64,000 nt of DNA from Candidatus Giovannonibacteria bacterium RIFCSPHIGHO2_01_FULL_45_24 (lineage in GTDB: Bacteria; Patescibacteriota; Minisyncoccia; UBA11713; 2-01-FULL-45-33). A model generated the notes under the pieces. The model saw only the letters and a program-made list of their open reading frames with translations. It ran no database searches and was not told where the DNA came from. The translations under genes were made by a program, and so were the position numbers. Positions 37,500 to 46,261 of the stretch are shown here, piece after piece (position 1 is the stretch's first letter; every line of letters begins with the position of its first letter). The DNA is taken from positions 55,292-119,291 of the forward strand of contig MFHE01000010.1 in assembly GCA_001778495.1 (NCBI GenBank), read 5' to 3'.

Positions 37500-38233
37500 A
37501 AATAATAACGATTATACCAACTTATAACGAAAGCGAATTAATAGGCCAGCTTTTGGACGCGCTTTTTGAGAAAACATTTAAAGATATCCAGAACCACCAA
37601 ATGGGAGTGTTAGTCGTGGATGGGAATTCCCCCGACGGAACCGCGGAAATCGTAAAAACAAAATCGGCGAAATATCCGAATCTCAATTTAATAGTTGAAA
37701 AAGAAAAGCGCGGCATCGGCGCCGCGTATATCGCGGGCATAAAATACGCTATAGAAAAATTAAGAGCTGACGCGGTGATAGAGTTTGACGGCGACTGGCA
37801 GCACAATCCGGAGGATATAAAAAGATTGGTTGCCGAATTTGATAAAGGATACGATTACGTAATCGGCTCGCGCTATGTCGCGGGCGGCTCCATTCCGAAA
37901 GAATGGGCGCTTTGGAGAAAATCTTTAAGCCGACTTGGCGGTTTAACCGCCAAATTTGTTTTAGGGCTTCCGGTAAACGACGCGACCTCCGGCTTCAAGC
38001 TTTCCCGCGTAAAAAATTTCGCGGAACGCCTGCCGCTTGATGAAAGCAGGATTTTATCAAAATATTACGCCTATAAAATCCAGTTTCTCTACGAAATGCT
38101 GCGCCTGGGCGCAAAAACCAAAGAAATCTCGATTAAATTTCTGGAGCGCCGAGGCGGCTCCTCAAAAAGCACCCTCCGCGATATTTTTGACTCGCTTTAC
38201 GTGGTGCTCGCGCTCCGCTTTAGGAAAAAATAA
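37496..38233 (+). CDS. GT2 Dpm1-like polyprenyl-phosphate sugar synthase
   Basis: ITIIPTYNESELI...VLVVDGNSPDGT...VIEFDGDWQHNPEDI...VIGSRY. Overlaps the upstream GT-C gene by 4 nt. Confidence 0.75.
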   Translation: MKIITIIPTYNESELIGQLLDALFEKTFKDIQNHQMGVLVVDGNSPDGTAEIVKTKSAKYPNLNLIVEKEKRGIGAAYIAGIKYAIEKLRADAVIEFDGDWQHNPEDIKRLVAEFDKGYDYVIGSRYVAGGSIPKEWALWRKSLSRLGGLTAKFVLGLPVNDATSGFKLSRVKNFAERLPLDESRILSKYYAYKIQFLYEMLRLGAKTKEISIKFLERRGGSSKSTLRDIFDSLYVVLALRFRKK

Positions 38234-38268
38234 AAATAGCCGGGAGTGAGTTGTTCACTCAACCGGCT
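38225..38268. terminator. Hairpin terminator between convergent GT2 (+) and GT4 (-) genes; stem overlaps both stop regions
   Basis: AGCCGG-GAGUG-aguuguu-CACUC-aa-CCGGCU nested hairpin. On the minus strand it is followed by AUUUUUAUUUU. Confidence 0.45.
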
Positions 38269-39413
38269 AAATTGACTATAAAGTCAAGTGCCCGTCTTGC
38301 TCGCTTTGCCCAAGTGTAATTTTGGGCTTTTCGGAGGGCGTTGCGGGAAAGTTCTTCGGCAAATGAGACGTTTTCTAAAACCTTTTTTATCGCGCGTGTT
38401 AAGTCCATAGAATCGTTAGGTCTAAAAAACTCCGCTTCTTTTTCGGTTAAAATCTCGCGGAGAGACGGCAAATTGGAAGCGACAATCGGCCTGCCGGAGA
38501 CCATATATTCAAAAAGTTTCAATGGCGAAGTATGCTGCTCCGACATTTTGTGCCCTGCTTTATTCGGCAATACCAAAACATCGGCGGATTTCAGATAATA
38601 CGGAATTTCAGTGTAGGGTTTATGCTCCGTCAGCAGAACATTGCTTAAATTATTATATTTAGATTTTATTTGCTCAATTTCTTCGCCACTTCCGCCGACA
38701 AAAAGAAACAAAAAATCTTCGCCGAAATTTTTAGCCGATTCCAACAAAATATCTACTCCCTTCCAATCATAAAGATAAAAACTCCCGGTGTAGAGAATTA
38801 TTTTTTTATCTTGCGGCAAGCCAAGTTTTCTCCTTGCCTCTTCTTTAGAGATTTTTATGTCAAATTTTGCTAAATCCACCGCGTCAGGGAGAACAAGAAC
38901 CTTATTTTCCGGCACTCCGAATTTAACAAGTTCGTTTTTAATAAAACTCGTCAAAACCAAAAGCGCCCTAGCTCTTCGCCACGCTTTTTTATGAAAAAAA
39001 TTTGGCTTCGCCGGCAAAGAGTGAATCTCCAGCACTATGTTTCTGAAAAATAGCCCAGCCAGCCATTCGCGAGTGTACAAAATATCGTATTTTCCGAAAA
39101 GCAGACAAATCGTTGATGAAATTAAAAACAATATCGTTTCAATGAAAAACCCCAAGCTCCCGAATCCAAAGGTAATTAAATCCAGTGTTGGCAATCTTGT
39201 AATCTTAAAATTTCGGCGAACACCATAATAGTCAAACGGGTCTTGTTTGATGGGATTTAGGCGCCGAGGCACTAATAATTCAATTTCCCCGCCTTCGCCA
39301 AGGCTTCGGCGGGCAAGCAACTCTCCAAAACTTTCGCACATTTTCATAATCTGGATACCGTGCGCTTTTTCGGTGGGAATGCGAGCATTGGCTATGTAAA
39401 TTAATTTTTTCAT
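38259..39413 (-). CDS. GT4 glycosyltransferase
   Basis: KKIILYTGSFYLYDWKGVDILLES...LFVGGSGEE...LVLPNKAGHKMSEQHTSPLKLFEYMVSGRPIVAS. Confidence 0.7.
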   Translation of the reverse strand: MKKLIYIANARIPTEKAHGIQIMKMCESFGELLARRSLGEGGEIELLVPRRLNPIKQDPFDYYGVRRNFKITRLPTLDLITFGFGSLGFFIETILFLISSTICLLFGKYDILYTREWLAGLFFRNIVLEIHSLPAKPNFFHKKAWRRARALLVLTSFIKNELVKFGVPENKVLVLPDAVDLAKFDIKISKEEARRKLGLPQDKKIILYTGSFYLYDWKGVDILLESAKNFGEDFLFLFVGGSGEEIEQIKSKYNNLSNVLLTEHKPYTEIPYYLKSADVLVLPNKAGHKMSEQHTSPLKLFEYMVSGRPIVASNLPSLREILTEKEAEFFRPNDSMDLTRAIKKVLENVSFAEELSRNALRKAQNYTWAKRARRALDFIVNLAG

Positions 39414-41194
39414 AATTTAATTTTATAAAGTTTCGCCCAAACCTGGAAATTTATCAGCGCCCATAAAATCGTGAGATTGTATCTTTTGCCTTCAACGTGG
39501 CCCTTTAAAATTTCCTCAATATTTTTCCAATTAAATACCGGCGCGGTCTCTGTGTAATAATTTTGGGAGAGAATGTTTTGAACGGCGGCGTGAATTTTGG
39601 GGGCTCTTAACCATTTTGCCGCAGGAGAGAACCATCCGCGCTTGGGCTGGTGCAACAAAAAATCAGGAATCCGGCCGCGAAACGCTTCTTTTAAGATAAT
39701 TTTTGTGTTAAACGCGCCTAGCTTATATTTTCTAGGGATTTTCGCCGCGAATTCAACAAGATTTTTGTCCAAAAGCGGCACTCTCGCCTCAACCGCAGAA
39801 AACATGGACATCTTGTCCGTGCGCAAAAGCGACTCGTCTACAAGCCATGACTGCCTGTCCACGGACATGAAAAGCTCCTCAAAAGTTTTGGACTGGTTGT
39901 TGCGAAAATAATTTTTTGAAAAAAAAGATTTTGTAATGTTTCTTTCAAAAAATTCTTTCTGCAAGACCTCGCTTAAAATCGGATTTTTTTGAAACATGAA
40001 TCGCGCGAATCTGTCCGTTTCTTTCGGCAGAAAAAACTTCGGCAAAAAACTCAAAATTCTGCTCAAGCGGTATCTTTCGTACCCGCCGAAGAGCTCGTCT
40101 CCGCCGTCTCCACCCAAGACCACATCCACCCCCCCGCTTTTGGTAAATTCAGCCAGCTTCATCATCGGAATAGCGGTTGGGTTGGCAATCGGCTCGTCCA
40201 ACTGGTAAAAAACTTTTTCCAAAAAATCAGGAATTGCTTCCTCTTTGAGCAAAACTTCGTGGTGGCGCGCGCCGTAGCGCGCAGCGGTGCGCTTTGCCAG
40301 ATAAAAATCCTGGTTGAATTTTTCTTCGTCATTTTTATTGGGCAGAGTGAACCCGATGGAAAAAGTGTCTATGTTCCCGCGGGCCGCGCTCATCGCGTCC
40401 AGTACGGCGCTGGAATCAATCCCGCCGGAAAGGTAAAGCCCTACGGGGCGGTCGGAAACCAGTTGTCGCTCTACGCTTTTCAAGATTTCTCCGCGCAAAT
40501 CTTCCGCCAAATCTTGAAGCGGCTTATCAAAATATCTTATTTCCGGAATCCTCCAATATTTAGTAAGTTTAAGCTTGCCGTCCCCGAAAACGCCGTAATG
40601 CGCCGGCGGAAATTTATAAATCCATTCAAACATAGTAAGCGGCTCCGGCGCGTATAAAGCCCTAAAATAAACACTAAATGCCGCGCGGTTTAATTTTCCG
40701 GGGACATCGTGTTTCAGAATGGCCTTTATTTCGGAAGAGAAAATAAATTTGGAACCGTCCGAATAATAATACAATGGCTTTATGCCAATATGGTCCCGTG
40801 CTAAAAACAATTCTTGTTTTAATTTATCCCAAATCGCGAAGGCAAAAATCCCGTTAAATTTCTTCACCGTGCCATATCCCCATTTTTGATAAGCCGCCAA
40901 AATCACCTCGGTATCGCTTGAGGTTTTAAAATTATAAGAGCCGGCAAGCTCATGTTTTAATTCTTTAAAATTATAAATCTCGCCGTTAAAAATAATCACT
41001 AAATTTCCATCCGCGCTTGTCATGGGCTGCGCGGCCGCATCGCTTAGGTCAATGATGCTTAGACGGTTATGCCCCAAAGAAATTTTGTCGTCCAAAAAAA
41101 TTCCGGTGCCGTCGGGCCCCCTGTGGCGCGTTGCCTGATTCATCTTTAAAATCAGCCTTTCGTCTTTGAAATTAAAGCCGTTTACTGCGCACAT
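39410..41194 (-). CDS. asnB: Asparagine synthetase family amidotransferase (second copy)
   Basis: MCAVNG...HRGPDG...LSGGIDSS...594 aa. Confidence 0.8.
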   Translation of the reverse strand: MCAVNGFNFKDERLILKMNQATRHRGPDGTGIFLDDKISLGHNRLSIIDLSDAAAQPMTSADGNLVIIFNGEIYNFKELKHELAGSYNFKTSSDTEVILAAYQKWGYGTVKKFNGIFAFAIWDKLKQELFLARDHIGIKPLYYYSDGSKFIFSSEIKAILKHDVPGKLNRAAFSVYFRALYAPEPLTMFEWIYKFPPAHYGVFGDGKLKLTKYWRIPEIRYFDKPLQDLAEDLRGEILKSVERQLVSDRPVGLYLSGGIDSSAVLDAMSAARGNIDTFSIGFTLPNKNDEEKFNQDFYLAKRTAARYGARHHEVLLKEEAIPDFLEKVFYQLDEPIANPTAIPMMKLAEFTKSGGVDVVLGGDGGDELFGGYERYRLSRILSFLPKFFLPKETDRFARFMFQKNPILSEVLQKEFFERNITKSFFSKNYFRNNQSKTFEELFMSVDRQSWLVDESLLRTDKMSMFSAVEARVPLLDKNLVEFAAKIPRKYKLGAFNTKIILKEAFRGRIPDFLLHQPKRGWFSPAAKWLRAPKIHAAVQNILSQNYYTETAPVFNWKNIEEILKGHVEGKRYNLTILWALINFQVWAKLYKIKL

Positions 41195-42002
41195 GAGCGA
41201 CTCTCGTTTTTATGAATAAATATAAAAGATAAAAATGGTACCACAAAGTCAGAAACTGAATCCGCGCCGGCATGGAATCTTCAAATCCGTAAAGCAGATA
41301 CATTTTGGGAATTCGATACAGATATCCGGCGATTATGCGAAGCCGGCGCCAGACGCACCAGTAGAGAAACGGCCCTAGCGGACCATATTCTAAAAGCTCC
41401 GTTTCCCAGCTTGCGTACATTTTCAAGTATTGCCAGTAATTTTCGGCGCGTTCCCGCGACCAGTGAAAATCGTAATAGCTTTGAAGTTCGCCCACTTTAT
41501 ATCTTGCGCGGTCAAACTTCAGACGCTCGTGCACCTTCCCCTTAAAATACGGATTGATTTTTCGGTTTATCAATCTTATTTGATACGAAGGGTAGCTCGC
41601 TTCGTGTTTTATTTCTTTGCTGTCTATAAAAATCCTTGTGGGCATGCGGTAAACAAAAAATTCCGGACGTGGATTCGCGGCTATCTTTTTAATTTCTTCA
41701 ACAACTTCCGCGGATAAAGCATCGTCTGAATCCATAAAAAAATACCAATCGTAAGAAGCCGCGTCCATATTTTTTTGCCGGACATTCGCCTTGTCTTTGA
41801 CGCAACGCAAATTGGGCTCGTCCGAATCGTATTGCTTTACTATTTTGGCTCCGTATTCGCGGGCAATTTCCAAAGTACTATCGGTGCTGTTGCCGTCACA
41901 AATTACAATCTCCGCGAAGGCCTTGAGCGAATCCAAGCAGCGGCGCAATGTGGCGCCGGAGTTCAGAGTCAGTATTCCAACGGAGCATGGTATTTTATTC
42001 AT
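41172..42002 (-). CDS. GT2 glycosyltransferase
   Basis: SVGILTLNSGATL...VICDGNSTDST...FFMDSDDALS. Confidence 0.6.
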   Translation of the reverse strand: MNKIPCSVGILTLNSGATLRRCLDSLKAFAEIVICDGNSTDSTLEIAREYGAKIVKQYDSDEPNLRCVKDKANVRQKNMDAASYDWYFFMDSDDALSAEVVEEIKKIAANPRPEFFVYRMPTRIFIDSKEIKHEASYPSYQIRLINRKINPYFKGKVHERLKFDRARYKVGELQSYYDFHWSRERAENYWQYLKMYASWETELLEYGPLGPFLYWCVWRRLRIIAGYLYRIPKMYLLYGFEDSMPARIQFLTLWYHFYLLYLFIKTRVAHVRSKRL

Positions 42003-42997
42003 CTCATATTGGCGATAATTGTTTCAATCAGGTTTTCAAGATTGTGATTTTTTATAACCAACTCGCGCAAAGCCAAATTTTTTCCGGCGCCGGCCGTTTG
42101 AACAATTTTTCCCGCAATCACTGCGGCGTCCTTCGGCAAAACTGCAAGCAGACTTTTAAACGCTTCGCTGGTGGTTATTATCGGAAGCCCGCAGGACATT
42201 GCTTCCAGCACCACCTTGTCCATGCTGCCGGTTTCGCTCGCATGAAGCAAAATATCGTGGCTGTTGTAGATATCCTGCATTTCGTCTTGATTCTTTGCGC
42301 CCAAAAATATAACTCTGCCGCGCAAATTTTTCTCCAAAACCAGCATTTCCAGCTTCCTTTTATATGTAACGTCCGCCTTTGTAATTGGTTCCCCAACTAT
42401 ATCTAAAACCGCATTCCCGCTTGCTAAACTAACAACTTCAAGAATAAACTCGTAATCTTTGGATGGAGTAATCCTCCCCACGCTAAGAAGTTTAAGCGCC
42501 CCGGTTTTCAGCATATTTTTCGGCTTAAAACGCTCGGTATCAATGCCGTGTCCAGTGACCATAATTTTTTTAGAGCGGAGCCGGCAGCTTTCCGGCGAAG
42601 CCGTGAAAATTTTTGCAACTAGTTTTTCGGCGAGCCGCAAAGAAGATGTCACTGATTTGTGAGTATACCATAAATATATTTTTTTTTTGAAAATCGCCGC
42701 CGCAGGCCAAGCGAGAATAACCCAGATTTGGATCATATGCACAAACACGGCGTCGGCTTTTGGCAGTGCAGAAAACAGATATTTATAAAAATTTATATAG
42801 CGCATGATTCTGCCAATTTTCTTTTCTTTTCCCAAAGAAAAAACTTGAACGTTAGCCGGCAAGCTGTATTTGCCAATAAAATTCGCCACGACAAAAACTT
42901 TGTCGGCTCTTTCTGCAAGCTCCTCCAGCCAGCGATGGAAAAATCCTAAATTGTCGTCCTCCTTATCAACTTTTTGAGTGAAAATTAAAAGATTCAT
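41999..42997 (-). CDS. GT4 glycosyltransferase
   Basis: C-terminal ...FLGAKNQDEMQDIYNSHDILLHASETGSMDKVVLEAMSCGLPIITT. Confidence 0.65.
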   Translation of the reverse strand: MNLLIFTQKVDKEDDNLGFFHRWLEELAERADKVFVVANFIGKYSLPANVQVFSLGKEKKIGRIMRYINFYKYLFSALPKADAVFVHMIQIWVILAWPAAAIFKKKIYLWYTHKSVTSSLRLAEKLVAKIFTASPESCRLRSKKIMVTGHGIDTERFKPKNMLKTGALKLLSVGRITPSKDYEFILEVVSLASGNAVLDIVGEPITKADVTYKRKLEMLVLEKNLRGRVIFLGAKNQDEMQDIYNSHDILLHASETGSMDKVVLEAMSCGLPIITTSEAFKSLLAVLPKDAAVIAGKIVQTAGAGKNLALRELVIKNHNLENLIETIIANMR

Positions 42998-44019
42998 TTT
43001 TTATGCGCGCATACTTCAAAACTGCTTTTATATAACCTTAAATAATCTTCTTTTGTTTGAGAAACAAGCGGCTTGGGGGGAGGCAATTTCAGGTTTAAAG
43101 CCGAGCTCAATTTTTCGGCCAAATCGCTTTTGTCGCCGACTTTGAAAACACATTCCGACTCCAAAATTTCCGACGCGATACCGACATCGCTTGATACAAT
43201 TTTTGCACCCGCAGCAGCGGCCTCAACCAGCGTGCGCCCATACCCTTCGTAATTGGAAGTTAGCAAAAATAAATCACAAGTTTTGTAGTAAGAAACAAGG
43301 TCGGGGGCGTGAGGTTCAAATTTAACATTTCTTTCCAACTTTTCACTTTGAACTTTTAACTTTAAACTTTCTAGCTCCGGCCCGTTTCCGACAATAAGAA
43401 GTAGGGAGCTTAAGGGGTGGGTTATTAGCCCCCCCACCGCCTCAATCGCCAATCCGATATTTTTTTCTTTTGTTATCCGCGAAGCCATTAAAATTATGAA
43501 CCGCCCGGGATATTTTTTATAGAGGTCTGTTTTGATAAGCGCGTTTCTTATTTTTTCAATATCAACAAAAATTGGTAAAGCGGTGATGTTAGAAATTAGA
43601 AATTGGAAATTAGAAATTAGCGAAAGTTTAATTCTTTCTGAAACAACTCTTATGCAGTCCGCCCTCGGAATCAAAAACTTCGCCAACGCCACCCTCAATT
43701 TGTTCAAAACCGAGCTTTCAACAAATTGATGGCTAAAAATATCGGCGTGTATTTGCATTTGAAATGGAACCTTAAAAAATTTTGAAAACGCCCACGCCAG
43801 AAGCGCGTGTTCAACATCCTGCGCCGTAATCACATCGTATTTTTTATGCCAAAGTTTCTTAAAACCGGAAAAAACTGCGCCAATAAATCTAAAAATGTTT
43901 CCGTAAGCGAGCAAAACATCCAGCCCGCCGAGCGTTTTGCGATATTCTTCCATTCTTTTGCACGCTTCTGACCGCGGATTTACAATACTCGGGTCTCCAC
44001 TTATCATTAGGACTTTCAT
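42994..44019 (-). CDS. GT4 glycosyltransferase containing two internal heptanucleotide tandem arrays
   Basis: IVGNGPELESLKLKVQSEKLERNVKFEP...LLTSNYEGYGRTLVEAAAAGAKIVSSDVG (GT4 EX7E region). Confidence 0.6.
   Translation of the reverse strand: MKVLMISGDPSIVNPRSEACKRMEEYRKTLGGLDVLLAYGNIFRFIGAVFSGFKKLWHKKYDVITAQDVEHALLAWAFSKFFKVPFQMQIHADIFSHQFVESSVLNKLRVALAKFLIPRADCIRVVSERIKLSLISNFQFLISNITALPIFVDIEKIRNALIKTDLYKKYPGRFIILMASRITKEKNIGLAIEAVGGLITHPLSSLLLIVGNGPELESLKLKVQSEKLERNVKFEPHAPDLVSYYKTCDLFLLTSNYEGYGRTLVEAAAAGAKIVSSDVGIASEILESECVFKVGDKSDLAEKLSSALNLKLPPPKPLVSQTKEDYLRLYKSSFEVCAHKK
43336..43370. repeat. Imperfect heptanucleotide tandem array (NNACTTT x5) inside a GT4 coding sequence
   Basis: caacttt tcacttt gaacttt taacttt aaacttt. 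The 7-nt period is incompatible with codon periodicity. Confidence 0.55.
43590..43617. repeat. Heptanucleotide tandem array TAGAAAT x4 (one unit TGGAAAT) inside a GT4 coding sequence
   Basis: tagaaat tagaaat tggaaat tagaaat. Encodes LISNFQFLISN on the minus strand. Confidence 0.6.
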
Positions 44020-46241
44020 AATAATATTTTAATAGTTTTATTAATCATCCTCTCTTTTGAAAATTCGCTGGATTTTTGGGAGGCAGCTTCGCTAAGTTTT
44101 TTGGCAAATTCAGGATTTTTCAAAATATCCAGAATTTTTGTTTTTAGTGCCTCCTTATCATTGAATTTTACCAAAAAACCTTCTTTGTTGTTTTCAATAA
44201 GCTCCGGATTGCCGCCGGCGTCAGTAGTCACAATGGGAACGCCGAGTGCCATCGCTTCTAAAATCTGGTGTGAAAATCCTTCGTAGGCGGTGTTGAGCGT
44301 AAAAATATCGGCGGTGCAGAGATATTCCAAAACTTTTTCGCGAGGAAGATTGCCAGCAAGAATAACGGTTTTTTGTAATTTGTAATTTGTAATTTGTAAT
44401 TTGAGCTTCTCATGCTCCGGCCCATCACCAACTATTACCAATTTTGCATCCGGCGCTTCTTTTAAAATCTCCGGCATAATCTCAAGTAAAGCGTCAAACC
44501 CTTTCCATGGAACAAGACGGCCGGCTGAAACAATCAACTTAGACGTCGGACGTCTAAGTTGATGTCCGGCGCCTTCAAAATCAAACGCATTATAAATAAC
44601 ATGAATCTTTTTTGGATTTACGCCCCACGCCGTAACAACCTTTTTTAAATACTCGCTCGGCACAATGACTTTCTCTGCACGATTTGCAACAAATTTTTGG
44701 ATTTTACGCAAAAGCTCAACTTCCCACCGATACTTATTTTTCGAAAAATCATCTAAAACTTCCTTCACTCCAAATCGCTGAACCCCCTGCTCCCAAGCGT
44801 AATCGCCGACGATTTTGAGCAAAAACTTCTTGCGCAAGATTTTAGCGGCGAGCGCGGCCGGTAATCCAACGCTCGCCGGGTCCTGTGCGAAAATAATATC
44901 TGCATTTCTGCCGCAAGCCATAAGCTTCAAGCCGTAGATAAAATGGCGAATTATTTTCGGCCAGCGCCGAACTGACCTGAAATTTAAAATCCTCGCTCCA
45001 AAGTTTTTTTTTGGCAGCTCATCCAATAAAGTTTTGCTGTAAGTTGCAGGTCCTCCAACTTCCGGCGGGAAAATGCCGGTCGCAATCAAAACTCGTTTTT
45101 TAATATTAAACTCATGATTAAAAATGTCCGCGTAATTTTTTGCGATTTTACCCCAAGAAAATCTTTCCTCAATCATTTTTCTGCCGTTTGCGATAATTTT
45201 TTGTACCAGCGCTCTATCCTCCAGCAAAATTTTTATTTTACCCGCCAAATCTTTCGGGTCATCAACTTTGGCAAATAATCCAGTTTCGCCATCTTTTATA
45301 ATATCCGAAATCCCTCCGACAGGCGTGCCGATAATCGGCAACCCTGCGGCCAGCGCCTCCACAAATGCGTTGCCCATCCCTTCCGAGCGCGACGGGCGCG
45401 CGAAAACATCGGCTTGGGCGAGGCATTTCGGTAAATCATCATAAGGAACTTCGTCGAAAAACTCTACATCTGCCTTAAGCTTTAAGCCATACGTCATATG
45501 CTCAAGCCGTTTACGCTCCGGGCCGTCGCCAATTATATGCAGCTTAACAGCCAGAGTGTCTTTTTTGAGTTCGGCAACCGCCTTAATTAAAATGTCCACG
45601 CCGTTTTTCGGAACAAGCCGGCCGACGGTGATTATCGTTTTAAAATTTGCTTGAAATTTGGAATTTAAATTTTGGAATTTTCGTATATCTACTCCGTTAT
45701 GTATTACCGCCCCATCGCCGATATAACCGTATTGCTTGCACAAATTAAGCAAATAATTTGATATTGCAGTGACATAGTCCGCTTGCATTAAAATAAGCCG
45801 AAACGCCAAATTCATAAGCCCGAGTCTGCCCTTAGTCACTCTTTCCTCTCCGTAGCCGTACTGAATTGTAAAAACTAAGGGGATTTTTGAATAAAAAACT
45901 TTCAGAAGTCCGGCTGTAGCGGCTCCGAAGGAAAAATCCACAACCCAAAAAATTATTCTGCCGCGGTGTTTTTTCGCCTCTCGTAAGACCCTAAACCACC
46001 CAAAAAACAAAAGCCAAAATTTATCAAAGCGATTTCCAAATCCAACTCTAACCACCAATCCCTCATCTCTCACTTCCCTTTTCGGCAAATCACGGCGCAT
46101 GCTGGAAGTAAAAATTATAAAATCAAACCTGTCTTTGAGTCTTTTCGCAACTTGTTCAATCGCAACCTCCGCTCCGCCGATGAACGGCAAATAGGCAGTA
46201 GAAAAAACAAAAATCACGGGCTTTTTGAGCTCATCTTTCAT
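44016..46241 (-). CDS. Double GT4 glycosyltransferase (two tandem GT-B/GT4 modules in one 741-aa protein)
   Basis: Two complete GT4 units, each with ...GRLVP.KG...GDGPE...EGF...EA.A.G.PI. patterns. Confidence 0.7.
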   Translation of the reverse strand: MKDELKKPVIFVFSTAYLPFIGGAEVAIEQVAKRLKDRFDFIIFTSSMRRDLPKREVRDEGLVVRVGFGNRFDKFWLLFFGWFRVLREAKKHRGRIIFWVVDFSFGAATAGLLKVFYSKIPLVFTIQYGYGEERVTKGRLGLMNLAFRLILMQADYVTAISNYLLNLCKQYGYIGDGAVIHNGVDIRKFQNLNSKFQANFKTIITVGRLVPKNGVDILIKAVAELKKDTLAVKLHIIGDGPERKRLEHMTYGLKLKADVEFFDEVPYDDLPKCLAQADVFARPSRSEGMGNAFVEALAAGLPIIGTPVGGISDIIKDGETGLFAKVDDPKDLAGKIKILLEDRALVQKIIANGRKMIEERFSWGKIAKNYADIFNHEFNIKKRVLIATGIFPPEVGGPATYSKTLLDELPKKNFGARILNFRSVRRWPKIIRHFIYGLKLMACGRNADIIFAQDPASVGLPAALAAKILRKKFLLKIVGDYAWEQGVQRFGVKEVLDDFSKNKYRWEVELLRKIQKFVANRAEKVIVPSEYLKKVVTAWGVNPKKIHVIYNAFDFEGAGHQLRRPTSKLIVSAGRLVPWKGFDALLEIMPEILKEAPDAKLVIVGDGPEHEKLKLQITNYKLQKTVILAGNLPREKVLEYLCTADIFTLNTAYEGFSHQILEAMALGVPIVTTDAGGNPELIENNKEGFLVKFNDKEALKTKILDILKNPEFAKKLSEAASQKSSEFSKERMINKTIKILL
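44373..44400. repeat. Perfect heptanucleotide tandem array TTGTAAT x4 inside the double-GT4 coding sequence
   Basis: ttgtaat x4, preceded by tttt. Encodes KLQITNYKLQ on the minus strand, in the GT4 C-domain upstream of the EX7E motif. Confidence 0.65.
44532..44562. repeat. 31-nt perfect palindrome ATCAACTTAGACGTC-G-GACGTCTAAGTTGAT inside the double-GT4 CDS (copy 1 of 2)
   Basis: Arms of 15 nt around one central base. The 24-nt core is identical to 58597..58620. Confidence 0.6.
45651..45678. repeat. Imperfect heptanucleotide array (TTGAAAT/TTGGAAT-like x4) inside the double-GT4 CDS
   Basis: ttgaaat ttggaat ttaaatt ttggaat. Confidence 0.4.
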
Positions 46242-46261
46242 CTAGTTAATTATATAACGCT

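Noticed and set aside
44373-44400. Possibility that the 7-mer arrays are a CRISPR fragment or an assembly artefact
   Set aside because: The unit is 7 nt with no spacers, so it is not CRISPR. Four independent arrays sit in-frame in two well-formed genes, which makes a random assembly artefact unlikely, though read-level confirmation is still needed.
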